From positions 1 through 64,000 of IMG/VR virus record IMGVR_UViG_3300023283_000146: DNA of 64,000 nucleotides. One strand, given 5' to 3'. The stretch comes from a virus. This document shows, in pieces, positions 23,933 to 33,846 of the stretch. Every line of letters begins with the position of its first letter. Position 1 is the stretch's first letter. The translations under genes and the position numbers were made by a program. A model generated the notes under the pieces. That model saw only the letters and a list, made by a program, of their open reading frames with translations, was not told the origin of the DNA and searched no databases.

Positions 23933-24136
23933 TTACAGTTCGCTTACACGTCGTAGTATTTCATCGATCTTAGTCCGCTGGGCAGGAGTCAAGCGACGAC
24001 CTGATTCCACCCAACGGTCCACACTGTCGGCAAAGCCCATTTCCCACTGTGTGAGACCTTCTTCAACACCACACAGCTTTTGGGTGAGCTTTCGATCTTC
24101 ACGTATTTGCGCCTCTACTGAATCTCGTTCATCCAT
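23933..24136 (-). CDS. hypothetical protein (67 aa)
   Basis: ORF track. Confidence 0.45.
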   Translation of the reverse strand: MDERDSVEAQIREDRKLTQKLCGVEEGLTQWEMGFADSVDRWVESGRRLTPAQRTKIDEILRRVSEL

Positions 24137-25188
24137 TCCATCACCGAAGTGGCGTTGGGAGCACCTTGGCCAGGCGTGTTGGTGTAACGGTATTTGAAAT
24201 CATCCCAAACGCCAGGCCAAAGCTCATCAAACCGATCTATGAACAGCAGCCCGTGTCCTGCATCATGAAGGGTTGCGAACGGCGGCTCTTCATCCGGGTC
24301 CTTGGTGCTGTAGTGAAGCCAGAGCGGCGGCGGTACCACAGCCTCTTCGCCATGGTTCTCTAGGAAATCTGCTGCTCCCGCCTCAGTGAGAGTGCTGATA
24401 GCAACAGCATCTTTGAGGGAAACCCCTGGCTCGAAATGTTGCCAAACCGAACCAAAGGGGAGATCAACACCAAACCAGTGAGTGATGGTGTTGATAAGAA
24501 TGAGGGCGTCAGGTTTCTCAACGCTTGGGATACTCGCCCTTACAGCATTGTTCAAGTTGGCAATAGAACCGGCTGATTGTCCTATCGCAACAATGGTGGT
24601 GTCCGGACCAATCCGGTACATGTCACGATTCTCACGCACATGCCGGTACGCAAGACGCAGGTCACCCTCTGGTGATTGTGGGTGCTTCTGTTCTGGGGCT
24701 AGGCCGTAGCCGACCCCACCCAAGAACACAGATTCGTTTTGCAGCAGAGACCACCAAGGGTCAAAGGCGTGGTTGGGCAAGGTGGGTGATCCGCCAGAAG
24801 TAAACCCGCCACCAGAAGCGTAAAGCAGCAAAAAGTCAGGGTGGCCTGTGAACGACACGCGACGCCGCATTGAAATCAACTGCCACTCTTCCGGTCCATA
24901 GCGGACACGCTTACTGAGAATGTCTTCGTCTTCGCTACTTTCTACTGCCTCCCCAGGAACCAGGTTTGGAAGAAGGCTAGGCATCATCAAGGCGCTGGTC
25001 ACAGCAAGGGCCAGCACGAGCAAGGGAAGACGGTGGATGTACTGCATGAGGAGATTCATCAGTTTATGTTTCATGAGCCCACCAGAAGATAGTGGGCCAA
25101 ACGCAACCCTAGCATTATCAACACCATGTCGCGTAAGATCCCCGTAAGAAGACACAGCAGGTGTCGCCTTTTTGAATACATCACTCAA
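24115..25188 (-). CDS. alpha/beta-hydrolase (esterase/lipase-like) with an N-terminal membrane or signal segment
   Basis: ORF track. Nucleophile elbow GQSAG (VAIGQSAGSIANL), SGGGF oxyanion-like motif, hydrophobic RLPLLVLALAVTSALMM. Confidence 0.65.
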   Translation of the reverse strand: MSDVFKKATPAVSSYGDLTRHGVDNARVAFGPLSSGGLMKHKLMNLLMQYIHRLPLLVLALAVTSALMMPSLLPNLVPGEAVESSEDEDILSKRVRYGPEEWQLISMRRRVSFTGHPDFLLLYASGGGFTSGGSPTLPNHAFDPWWSLLQNESVFLGGVGYGLAPEQKHPQSPEGDLRLAYRHVRENRDMYRIGPDTTIVAIGQSAGSIANLNNAVRASIPSVEKPDALILINTITHWFGVDLPFGSVWQHFEPGVSLKDAVAISTLTEAGAADFLENHGEEAVVPPPLWLHYSTKDPDEEPPFATLHDAGHGLLFIDRFDELWPGVWDDFKYRYTNTPGQGAPNATSVMEWMNEIQ

Positions 25189-27581
25189 AAAGGAACAGCC
25201 GGCGGGTTGTAGAGCTCAGGATCGCTCCAGTCATAAGGCCCACCGAACTCCTGGTCCCAATGCCTACGGCACACTTCCAGGGTGGGCAGGAGATAAATGC
25301 GTGGCCGGTTCACAGTCTTCAAGCTTCCGTCTTCCTGCACCACTTCGACTGTACCTGCGTATTGCCCACGGTGACGGTGCTTAGGTGGAAACACTCTGCT
25401 CAGGAACTTACCCAAGCGCGTGCTGTTGCTTCGTGCGTTGTTCTGCCAGACACGTCGGTAGCTTGCGTAGTCATAAACCAGACGAGAAGCGAACACGAAC
25501 TCAGGCCAACTTTCGCCTTCAAAGACTTCACCTTGAACCAACTTACTGAACCACCACTCCTCTTCTGGGTTGAATGATAAGATCATTTGATCTTGTAGGG
25601 CTTGGGTTCGAGGCATGGTTCGTACGTCAAAGCCTTTCAGGTCAATATTCATCAGGTGGTGCATTAGCGCTTCATAGCCGCCGTTGTCCATTTGGCGCTG
25701 CACTTTGCCGAAATATTCAGTGTTCTGTTTTTGATCTTCACTTACATCCAACACAAAGAACCTACGCTCATCAAATCCTGCAGGCACAACCCAATCACTG
25801 TTCGAAGCCATGATCAAATGAACATAGTTAGGTGCCGCCTCAGCATCAACACCCTTCAACTCGACAGTAATGTTTTCTTCCGTAACCAGCATCTTGAGCA
25901 CACTTTCATGACGCCGGTCTCCTGCGTAAAATGCTTCATCAGCAAACAGAAGCACACAATCACGTAAGTGCGCATTGAAGTTTCCTACCAAGTGCTTGGG
26001 GTCACTGATATGCATATAGTGGCGACCAAACAAGCGCATGAAGTTACGGGCAAACACACCTTTTCCAGTGCCTTGCCTTCCTCGTAACACGACAGCCACA
26101 TGCCCAGGGCTGTCTGGGTGTTGGATAGCATTAGCCATCCAACGGATCAAATAGTCGAAGTGTTCTTCGTTACTTTGACAGATGTTTTGCTTGATGTGTT
26201 CTAGGTACAGGCTGCAGTCGCCTGGCTCAGGCTCATATGGATAGCCTTGCCACAGGTTGTAGCTGAGCTCAACTTCCTTTCCTGGAACGAACACAATCGT
26301 GTCGTATTGGCGCCTGCGGCTATGGTGAACCCACCAATGCCCCAGTGGCACCTGAACCACTTTTCCTTTCGGCCCGGCATATTCAATGTTGCGATGGCAG
26401 TAACGATTACGAAAGTCAGCAAAAGACTGAAAAGTCACTCTTGAACGATTCAGTGCCGGATCATGCTCTTCACTAATGATCCGGCATCGGCCCCCCACGC
26501 TTTCAATCACAGCGTGCTTGTCATTCAGTTCTGACAGTGAGGGGTCTACAGCATGGTCTCTGGCACGCCTAACCTGTCGCGCAGCATACCGCTGGGCACG
26601 GCCACCATAGTCATACACCGAGTCACTGATTCGATAGCGTTTGTCAGTGATCAGCGAAAAGATCGTATCGTCATCAACTTCTGAGCGAACCAGTTCACAA
26701 CAAACCCAGAACAACCACTCACTACGCGAAGGGTGCTTAGACGGATCTTCTGGATCCTTACCTTCACGAATAGCTGCTTTCACATTGTCCGGCACCGCCC
26801 GGGGCAGCTCATCTAGCTCTACCTGACGAGCTGTCGGAATAGCTGTCGCAGTGCCATTGCGACTTGCGGAGCTCGGCGCCTGCTCGCCCAGAGGGCGAGC
26901 CTGGGCGAATGAGCTGAGGCTGTAGGCTCGGTCTTCATGCGCCTCGACCAGCTGGGCCAAGGCAGGCTTACGACCCTTCTTCCGCTTCTTTTCGTTGGGC
27001 CAGTTGATGCTACCTGGCAGGCGCATGATCCTGTCCACATTATGACAAGGATCAGCGCCAAAACACGCTTCTAGTTCTCGATTATAGCGTTCTGCTTCTT
27101 CAGCTAGCTTTTCTTGCCCATCAAGTCGAATGGGCTTCTTTAGTTTCCAGAAGCCTTGGTAACCACCGCCAGAGAAAACAAGGCAAGTGGGCGGTGGGAT
27201 GTTCTTTGGGGTTTCTTGAAAGAGTGTGAGGATGCGCGCTTGTTCTTGTTTGATAGCTTCGAGACGCTCTTCCTCAGTTTCAAGGTCTTCACTAATCTGG
27301 GGGTCAACATCAACATGCAGCCATGCCATGGCTGCTATGTCGACTTTCAAGGGTTTCTTACGTAGCTTACGAAGAACAGGGTTGACGGAGAAGTAGAGGT
27401 TGTGCTCTTGCCCCTTCTTCTCCAGCCAACCCTGTGCTTGTTGTTCCTGGTCTGGCGAGAATGTGCGTGTTTCAATCCCGCCTGTTTCAGGGTGGATTGC
27501 GGTCAGAACCCAGAAGCCTTTATGCGCCCACCATTTCAGGAAATCAAGTGAGCGCGCATAGTCCGGCCGCGGCGGGCTCAC
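25185..27581 (-). CDS. primase-helicase (RepB-like primase N-terminus plus D5/P4-type P-loop helicase C-terminus)
   Basis: 798 aa. MRLPGSINWP primase-like motif, Walker A VVLRGRQGTGKGVF, Walker B-like LLFADEA. Confidence 0.8.
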   Translation of the reverse strand: MSPPRPDYARSLDFLKWWAHKGFWVLTAIHPETGGIETRTFSPDQEQQAQGWLEKKGQEHNLYFSVNPVLRKLRKKPLKVDIAAMAWLHVDVDPQISEDLETEEERLEAIKQEQARILTLFQETPKNIPPPTCLVFSGGGYQGFWKLKKPIRLDGQEKLAEEAERYNRELEACFGADPCHNVDRIMRLPGSINWPNEKKRKKGRKPALAQLVEAHEDRAYSLSSFAQARPLGEQAPSSASRNGTATAIPTARQVELDELPRAVPDNVKAAIREGKDPEDPSKHPSRSEWLFWVCCELVRSEVDDDTIFSLITDKRYRISDSVYDYGGRAQRYAARQVRRARDHAVDPSLSELNDKHAVIESVGGRCRIISEEHDPALNRSRVTFQSFADFRNRYCHRNIEYAGPKGKVVQVPLGHWWVHHSRRRQYDTIVFVPGKEVELSYNLWQGYPYEPEPGDCSLYLEHIKQNICQSNEEHFDYLIRWMANAIQHPDSPGHVAVVLRGRQGTGKGVFARNFMRLFGRHYMHISDPKHLVGNFNAHLRDCVLLFADEAFYAGDRRHESVLKMLVTEENITVELKGVDAEAAPNYVHLIMASNSDWVVPAGFDERRFFVLDVSEDQKQNTEYFGKVQRQMDNGGYEALMHHLMNIDLKGFDVRTMPRTQALQDQMILSFNPEEEWWFSKLVQGEVFEGESWPEFVFASRLVYDYASYRRVWQNNARSNSTRLGKFLSRVFPPKHRHRGQYAGTVEVVQEDGSLKTVNRPRIYLLPTLEVCRRHWDQEFGGPYDWSDPELYNPPAVPF

Positions 27582-27943
27582 ATCGACCAGTGTGTCAGCA
27601 GCCGATCGACAGGCGCATCACCCTTCTCCATGCAGTAAACCCAATATCGACAAACCCCTAGCGTTGCGGCTGTTGTTTCAATGGTTTCCCCTGCACGACG
27701 ACGTGCAATGAAACAACGCTCATGGTCTTTGAGCTGCTTCAAAGGCTTGAGCGGCTTGGGGCCTTTCTCTTGATCAGTCTCCCACATGCGGTAGGTGTGC
27801 AGGGAGACCCCATATTTCTCCGCTGCTTTTCGTTGAGTCAGCCCCATGCGCCGGCGCGCAATAAGTAGACGCTCACCCGACGTCAGCGTCTTGTTGATAA
27901 CAGACAATGTTTCAGCTCCTCTTCCTTGAGTCCACCCAACCAA
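27578..27943 (-). CDS. HTH DNA-binding protein (start uncertain)
   Basis: ORF track (TTG start overlapping the VRR-NUC 3' end). Two HTH-like stretches: LIARRRMGLTQRKAAEKYGVSLHTYRMWE and FIARRRAGETIETTAATLGV. Confidence 0.55.
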   Translation of the reverse strand: MVGWTQGRGAETLSVINKTLTSGERLLIARRRMGLTQRKAAEKYGVSLHTYRMWETDQEKGPKPLKPLKQLKDHERCFIARRRAGETIETTAATLGVCRYWVYCMEKGDAPVDRLLTHWSM

Positions 27944-28290
27944 ACCTTGGTTGCCTTCTTCAGTAACATTTCGCGCGTAGCGAGTCCGACTATTTTGGCC
28001 GCAACATCCCCTTCAAACAACAACCAGTCCTGGCGAACTTGTAACAACAAGTGGGCCTTTCCTTTAGCAGCATGCCTACGACGAAGCCACTCACGTTGAT
28101 GCGGTGTGAAGTGTGGAATCTTCAATGTGGTTTTGGCACTTCTCGGCCAACGACCAGCCTTCTTCAACTCTATCCACCCTTCAACGTAGTTGACATCCGG
28201 CGTGCCTGGGTACACTTTGTTCTCGACGCTTATCGCATCTAGTGGGCGTAATGCTCGAACCACCTTTTGGCGCATTGCCTTTTCTGACAT
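27883..28290 (-). CDS. VRR-NUC domain nuclease
   Basis: 135 aa. GTPDVNYVEGWIELKK matches the PD-(D/E)xK pattern of VRR-NUC. Confidence 0.75.
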   Translation of the reverse strand: MSEKAMRQKVVRALRPLDAISVENKVYPGTPDVNYVEGWIELKKAGRWPRSAKTTLKIPHFTPHQREWLRRRHAAKGKAHLLLQVRQDWLLFEGDVAAKIVGLATREMLLKKATKVWLGGLKEEELKHCLLSTRR

Positions 28291-28317
28291 GAGAACATGA
28301 TATCTATCATGTGCTAG

Positions 28318-30234
28318 TTATCCCACCTTCTCTATTTCACCCCATGAAGGCCCATGTTCTAGGTCAACCTTGTGTGGGACACTGCATTCAACACCCTTGC
28401 GCATGATTTCTGCTAGTTCTTCACTTTGTTTTCGATCTGAAACACTCAGGTCTAGCTCATCATGCACTTGAAGCTGAACTTTGAAACCTGCTTCTTCTGC
28501 TAAGATGAGCGCCATCTTTGTTTGGTCGCCAGAAGAACCCTGCACAGCACGATTGAGCGCCTTGTGCGTCCAATCATGTCGCGGGTTGCCGTGTTCATCG
28601 GGCGGCAGAGGAGGGAAATGGCACATCCGTCCTAGAATCGTTCGAATGCTGCCTGTGTTGTTGGCCTTTTCTTTTGCGATGTCGGCGATTTGCCTCGCCC
28701 AGGGCACGCGCCTGTGAAACTGTTCCAGGATGGCTTGTCCTTTAGGACCAGCGATTTCGACCATCTTTTGCCTTCGCTTAGAAAACACCCATTTGGTTTC
28801 TAGTCCTGCCTGGTGGCAGAGCTTAGCTTCACCCATCCCGTAGATTAGTCCCAGGAAGATGATCTTTGCAAAGCTGCGCTTCAATCCAGTGAGCTCAACC
28901 ATCATGCTGTGGAAGTCAGAGTCAGGGTCAGAGCGGTACCGCTCCGCTGCTTCTCTGGCGCCAGAGCAATCGGCTTGTTCTGCATAATGCACAGACCAAC
29001 GTGGTTCTTGTTGAGAATAGTCTGCACACAGCCACTCGCAACCTTCTTCAGGAACGTAGATAGATCGCCAAGGCTTACCAATCTCAGGGTCCTTATCAGG
29101 CGATATCTGTTGTTGTAGGTTTGGGTCTACACAACTCATCCTGCCCCAACGGGCGCCTTGCTCAGAATCATCTTCATCGCTTTTGGGGCCACGTAACTGA
29201 TTGAAGGTGCAATGAATACGACCATTGATTGAATGACGAATAATCGAAGCTGCAAAGGTCGTACGCAGCTTATTGAACTTCCGGGCTCGGATGATCAACT
29301 TTGCGACATCGTGGTCAATCGTCTCGAGCCAAAGCCCTCTGATAGAAGGCTTGTTTGTCTTCGGCGTGGTGGGTGGCTCAATGCCAATCTGGCGCAACGG
29401 CTGGGCTAACGCTTCAGCTTTCCAGACATCATCAGGTGTGAGCGAAACATCTGTCAACCGTCTGATTTCTGCAAGTTTTTCTCTTTCCTTTTGAAGTGCC
29501 CAAGACTGCACTTCTTCTAGACGCTTGAAATCAATGCGCACACCACGGCGCCGCATCTGAACTGTAATCGGCAAAAGCCGTGATTCTAAGTCAACAATCT
29601 GTTGTAGGTTCTTCTGTTCTATGTCAGCTTCTTGCTGTCGCAAAATCTGTAGCGGCAACAGAACATCCTGTTCACCGTAAGGGCCGACATACTCAGGGGG
29701 AAGGCGCCACAAGTCACGCTTCGGGTTCAGACCATATGCCTTGGCAGCTTCCTGAAGCAAGGTTTGGTCTTTGCCAGGAATCCCACGCCGCTCAGCGATG
29801 GCGTCCATGCTGTAGCTGTCTTGTAAGTCATCAATCAACGGCTCGTTGAGTTGGATGTCGCAACAACGAGCTTGATGAAACCGAACACCCTCTTCTTCAA
29901 GATAGTCAAGGTCATACGAGAGATTGGCCCCAACCAACTCACCCTTGAAGACCTTCGCTTGATCACGAAGATAGCTCAGAACTACATCTTCATCAAGATT
30001 GATGCCCGTGGCATGCCGTATTGGAAGATAGCAGCAAGGCCCGTCTTCAATGGCAAATGACACGCCCACCACATAGCAGCCCGGCCGCCGCACCCCAGGC
30101 CCTAGCTCGCGCAGCTGCTCATCGCGTGTCTCTACGTCCACTGCTACTCGTCGGGCCCCTGCCCAGGAGGGGAGCCTGGCTGGGTTGGGGAAGGTCCAGG
30201 AAGAGCTCGGCTGGAAGAGAGGAAGCTGGGTCAT
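28318..30234 (-). CDS. family-A DNA polymerase with an N-terminal 3'-5' exonuclease-like region
   Basis: 638 aa. Motif A CADYSQQEPR, motif B KIIFLGLIYGMG, motif C LQVHDELDL. Confidence 0.9.
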   Translation of the reverse strand: MTQLPLFQPSSSWTFPNPARLPSWAGARRVAVDVETRDEQLRELGPGVRRPGCYVVGVSFAIEDGPCCYLPIRHATGINLDEDVVLSYLRDQAKVFKGELVGANLSYDLDYLEEEGVRFHQARCCDIQLNEPLIDDLQDSYSMDAIAERRGIPGKDQTLLQEAAKAYGLNPKRDLWRLPPEYVGPYGEQDVLLPLQILRQQEADIEQKNLQQIVDLESRLLPITVQMRRRGVRIDFKRLEEVQSWALQKEREKLAEIRRLTDVSLTPDDVWKAEALAQPLRQIGIEPPTTPKTNKPSIRGLWLETIDHDVAKLIIRARKFNKLRTTFAASIIRHSINGRIHCTFNQLRGPKSDEDDSEQGARWGRMSCVDPNLQQQISPDKDPEIGKPWRSIYVPEEGCEWLCADYSQQEPRWSVHYAEQADCSGAREAAERYRSDPDSDFHSMMVELTGLKRSFAKIIFLGLIYGMGEAKLCHQAGLETKWVFSKRRQKMVEIAGPKGQAILEQFHRRVPWARQIADIAKEKANNTGSIRTILGRMCHFPPLPPDEHGNPRHDWTHKALNRAVQGSSGDQTKMALILAEEAGFKVQLQVHDELDLSVSDRKQSEELAEIMRKGVECSVPHKVDLEHGPSWGEIEKVG

Positions 30235-30239
30235 TTATC

Positions 30240-30620
30240 TCACTGAAAGGTAGTGGCGGTTGACTCTGTGCCGTCCTCATGTTGGTCTAGCTTGCAGCGG
30301 ACCTCTGCCTCAATAAGTAGCAAGTAGGACCGAAGATCAGCTATGTCGTCAAGCAGGTTGTCGCTGTTCTGTCCTGTGTGCAGAGCATCGCTGAAAGCTG
30401 CCTCAAGAATGTCCCAGCGATCGACCTGGAGATTCGCTTGTGTGATCTGATTTTCGATACGGTCCCACTTGCGCGCGAGCATCATGAATGCGCCAACCCC
30501 ACCGCGCTTCTTCCAGGAAGAGCCATACTGTTCTTCTTTGTTTCGAAGACGTTGCACATCCGCATCTACGACAGGCTGGATGTAGTCCATGTGATTGTAG
30601 GTTTTATCTTGGGAGCTCAT
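30240..30620 (-). CDS. all-alpha NTP pyrophosphohydrolase-like protein (MazG/DUF1599-like)
   Basis: Track ORF 30240..30722 trimmed to ATG 30620 (or 30590). EEQYGSSWKKRGGVGAFMMLARKWDRIENQ and DDIADLRSYLLL resemble that family as I recall it. Confidence 0.5.
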   Translation of the reverse strand: MSSQDKTYNHMDYIQPVVDADVQRLRNKEEQYGSSWKKRGGVGAFMMLARKWDRIENQITQANLQVDRWDILEAAFSDALHTGQNSDNLLDDIADLRSYLLLIEAEVRCKLDQHEDGTESTATTFQ

Positions 30621-31116
30621 CAGACAGCCTCCTGTGCTTGTCTTGAACGATCTTGTTGTAAAGCCAACCACACTGGTGGGGAACACGATGACTGTTTCTG
30701 GCAAACCAGGATTCAACCGCATCTTTCATCTTGGAAACCATGGTGTTGCCAAAGGCTTCTTGTTCTCGGCACCACAAGAACAACTCCAGCTTGTCAACAG
30801 CGTCAAGCCAGTCTTGTTCATTATCAGTTAGCCCAAGACAGGGTCTGCAGGGGAGACCTGCATACACAAACTGCTCAACTCGCTTGAGTCCTTGAGCTAT
30901 AGATGCATCACCCCACTTTACAGGTGCTGGGATATCGCCTGTCCAACGTTCAGGCACATCATGCCATAGAACAGAGCAGATCAGCCTGCGTGTGGGGTCT
31001 GGGTGTAGAACCAGCAGAAGACTTAGCGCATCATATGAGTGCTTACCGACAGAATAGTCTCCCACCTTGGGCAGCACATGGCATCGCTGAACATGCCCAC
31101 CCTCCCGAACTGTCAT
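30604..31116 (-). CDS. HD-domain phosphohydrolase (5'-deoxynucleotidase-like)
   Basis: Track ORF 30604..31161 trimmed to ATG 31116. Carries H...HD signature residues (VGKHSYDAL..., VLWHDVPE). Confidence 0.65.
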   Translation of the reverse strand: MTVREGGHVQRCHVLPKVGDYSVGKHSYDALSLLLVLHPDPTRRLICSVLWHDVPERWTGDIPAPVKWGDASIAQGLKRVEQFVYAGLPCRPCLGLTDNEQDWLDAVDKLELFLWCREQEAFGNTMVSKMKDAVESWFARNSHRVPHQCGWLYNKIVQDKHRRLSDELPR

Positions 31117-31127
31117 GATTTTTCGGA

Positions 31128-32177
31128 TTACTTCTTCTGCTGCTTTCTCTTCTCTTCCCACTTCTTTGCTCTCCTGTCAAGCCATTGATACGCGGCCAGG
31201 AACCAGTCTTGACTGCCACAGGCGCGAAGCTCACGTTGAGCTGTTGTGAATCGAACCTCAGACTTTGATTTGAAGGCTCGCCATGCACGAAGGTACGGGA
31301 CTGCAACAGTCCGAAAAAACGTATCTACGAACTCAGGCTCAGCGATCCTACCTTCTGCCCAGTCAAAGAACTGGTTCAGTTCACGCAGCCAAGATCCTGG
31401 GCGCAGACCTACTAGTGGCACTCTGTTTACACCAGGGTCTTCGTAAGGTGAAACAGGCCCTGGGGAAGGCGGTTCACCGGCTTTTTGCGCTAGTGTGTTT
31501 ACCATGTCCTGGTGGGGTTCAAGGTAGACATGTGCGTTGAAGGTGGTGTGCCAGTAGCGTCCCGGGGGTCGCATGATCAATGCAGCCATGTATTCCAGCA
31601 AGAAGCTGAAGTGCACAACGTTGGCGCCATACTTACCCCAAATGAGGTCGTTGGAACGATTGCACACCATCATGTCTAGCTTCCCATCTGCAGCAACCTG
31701 GAAGTAGGCGTGCGTGTTGCAAGGTAAGTCACGAGAATCAGCGTTTCCTAGGTCAGCCTTGGGGTCCCACATCGCTAACACTTGGCGACGGCACTGTGGG
31801 TTGCGTTTCAGCGCGAAAGCAATCGACCCCAGTTGGTTCACGTCAAAATGGCTCTTCCACCGATAGCCATACGCCCCATGGAAAACTTCTCCATCATCTG
31901 AATACTTGCTGATGTTGGAGTTGAACGCTGACACAAAGGCCACATCTCTCCGTCCAGCGAGCATCCAGAGGGCTTCGAAAAGATGGAAGAACGGATTCGC
32001 ATCTCGCTCTGGCCAGAACACCACGCGCTCTACAGGTGCGCCATAGCATGTGGTCAATGGCGCTGGCATTTGAAGCACAACGCCGTTACGTGTTTCCCTC
32101 TTCTCACCATATTTCAAGATGAATCGGCATGCTTCCGGGAGCGCTAGGTGGGCATTACGTGCGTTGATTGTGATCAT
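31128..32177 (-). CDS. thymidylate-synthase-family pyrimidine hydroxymethylase (probably dUMP-specific)
   Basis: 349 aa. DLPCNTHAYFQV carries the catalytic Cys (compare ThyA LPPCH..FQF). NRSNDLIWGKYGANVV parallels ThyA QRSCDVFLGLPFNIA. Confidence 0.8.
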   Translation of the reverse strand: MITINARNAHLALPEACRFILKYGEKRETRNGVVLQMPAPLTTCYGAPVERVVFWPERDANPFFHLFEALWMLAGRRDVAFVSAFNSNISKYSDDGEVFHGAYGYRWKSHFDVNQLGSIAFALKRNPQCRRQVLAMWDPKADLGNADSRDLPCNTHAYFQVAADGKLDMMVCNRSNDLIWGKYGANVVHFSFLLEYMAALIMRPPGRYWHTTFNAHVYLEPHQDMVNTLAQKAGEPPSPGPVSPYEDPGVNRVPLVGLRPGSWLRELNQFFDWAEGRIAEPEFVDTFFRTVAVPYLRAWRAFKSKSEVRFTTAQRELRACGSQDWFLAAYQWLDRRAKKWEEKRKQQKK

Positions 32178-32180
32178 TGT

Positions 32181-33050
32181 TCAACCCTTGACTATGTATC
32201 GACGTTTGAGTCGCTCACCTGCTTGAGCTCTGCGGTATTTGTCGTATTCACACAACACATGTTCAACTTCACGCATTTCCCACTGCGGCCAGTGCCTAGG
32301 CCAGTGGTGTTGTTCACGGCTCATGTTCAACAGCTCCCTCATAACACCCAGCATTGCTGTTTGCTGGGGTCGGCTGTTGTAGTTCCAGACGTCCGGCTTG
32401 TCTGCGTAAACCCACCCCAACCCACGCGCACAACCTGGGCCAGCAGAAGCCCATGAGTTGGTATCTTCAGCATGCTCCAAATAAGCTGTGTGCCGCAAAT
32501 CCGTCACTACTTCATACGCCATGAACCTGCCCAGGTAGGGGAAGCCCATAAGTCGGCGGTGGGTGTCTTCTAGGGATTCTTGCTTACCACCCAGCTCTTC
32601 TGGGAAATGAGCGTGAAAGTAAGTGATGCAATCTAGAATGCCCTTGAGCTTACTTTTGCCATCCGGTGATTTGATCACATAGGCGCCAGTAAACAAAGGG
32701 CAGTTGTTTTGTTGCTTGTGTCTTGTGAGCGCAGCTTCAGCTCTGGCTTCTGACCAGTGCTGCCAATCCAGAAGTAGTGGCTTCAAGACAGCACCTGTTT
32801 CAATACGGTTGAACCACCGAAAAGCAACCGTAGCGAACACCACACCTAGCTGGCTCTTGAGGGGCTCGCGAAGATTTTCCCGAAACCACACAGTGGTGGT
32901 ATCATCTTCGCGAAACACATTACAGAAGCGGAACTCCTGTAACACAGGATCAGTAGTCCAAGGCCAGGGCTCTGTTTGTTTCTTGAGGAAGATTTTGTAC
33001 CGCTCTCTTGCGAAAGCGAAGAAGTCCTCCTTCTTCTTCAGGTTTAGCAC
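32181..33050 (-). CDS. alpha-glutamyl/putrescinyl-thymine pyrophosphorylase-like (aGPT-Pplase) DNA base-modifying enzyme, candidate
   Basis: 289 aa. The N-terminal PWPWTTDPVLQEFRFCNVFREDDTTT pattern and its placement between the ThyA-like gene and the P-loop kinase fit the family as I recall it. Needs an HMM search. Confidence 0.55.
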   Translation of the reverse strand: MLNLKKKEDFFAFARERYKIFLKKQTEPWPWTTDPVLQEFRFCNVFREDDTTTVWFRENLREPLKSQLGVVFATVAFRWFNRIETGAVLKPLLLDWQHWSEARAEAALTRHKQQNNCPLFTGAYVIKSPDGKSKLKGILDCITYFHAHFPEELGGKQESLEDTHRRLMGFPYLGRFMAYEVVTDLRHTAYLEHAEDTNSWASAGPGCARGLGWVYADKPDVWNYNSRPQQTAMLGVMRELLNMSREQHHWPRHWPQWEMREVEHVLCEYDKYRRAQAGERLKRRYIVKG

Positions 33051-33616
33051 AACTGCAGTGTCTCCTCAATCACTTGTCGTGCTCCTTCGCGATTAGTGAG
33101 AAAAGTTGCCAGGCCAGCCTCTGTGAACTTCTCGTGGTTCTTCAGAGCAAGCTTGTGTTTTGTCTCTGTGTTTCGAGGGTTCACTGGTCCGAGCTCTTTG
33201 CCCAGGCGGGCGGCGCGGCGTTGGCGGCGCTCGTTTACGGATGCCAGGCAGGTTTCGATCGATGTGTTCAGCGTCACGACGATCAACGGGAATAGACCGT
33301 CTAGTTCGATAGTCCGGTTGCGGTCTGAGTTGACGAGTAGACCTTCGAATAACACATCTCGACCCATTTCATGGTTGGTGCCCACGAGCTCAAAGATGCG
33401 ATCGAGCTTAGGGATCGTGTCGCACCCACCACAGTCCGTCTCGTAGTGCCCCAGAACGGCGAGCGGGCGCCCCCTATCACGGTAACAGACGTAGCCCAGT
33501 GGGCGTCGTCGGCCTTCCTCCTTGAAAGCGATGCGGCGATCGTACAGGCTCATAACCTCACGAACCAGGGTGGACTTCCCACTACCGCTGGTGCCTCTGA
33601 TATTGATGATCATCAA
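33044..33616 (-). CDS. P-loop kinase, candidate 5-hydroxymethyl-dU DNA kinase
   Basis: 190 aa. Walker A at the extreme N-terminus (IINIRGTSGSGKSTL). Call rests on gene context. Confidence 0.6.
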   Translation of the reverse strand: MMIINIRGTSGSGKSTLVREVMSLYDRRIAFKEEGRRRPLGYVCYRDRGRPLAVLGHYETDCGGCDTIPKLDRIFELVGTNHEMGRDVLFEGLLVNSDRNRTIELDGLFPLIVVTLNTSIETCLASVNERRQRRAARLGKELGPVNPRNTETKHKLALKNHEKFTEAGLATFLTNREGARQVIEETLQLC

Positions 33617-33846
33617 CTGGGTTTCTGGTCATGGTTTGAGCCGCGCACCCGATTCATCAGTGTCTCTTGGTCGTATCGCAGCCTAGCTGCAGCAGCGATG
33701 AGTGCGTGACCAGCCTGAGTCAGAGCACAAGACAAGCACGGTGAACATTGTAGCTCATCTATGTTCTTCACCCTCACAACCATGCAGCCACAACTCATCC
33801 TCTCAACAATCTCTTCAACGTCCTCTAGGAACGGTCGCTCGTCCAT
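33613..33846 (-). CDS. hypothetical Cys-rich protein (77 aa)
   Basis: ORF track. CGC...CSPCLSC; ATGA overlap. Confidence 0.5.
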   Translation of the reverse strand: MDERPFLEDVEEIVERMSCGCMVVRVKNIDELQCSPCLSCALTQAGHALIAAAARLRYDQETLMNRVRGSNHDQKPS

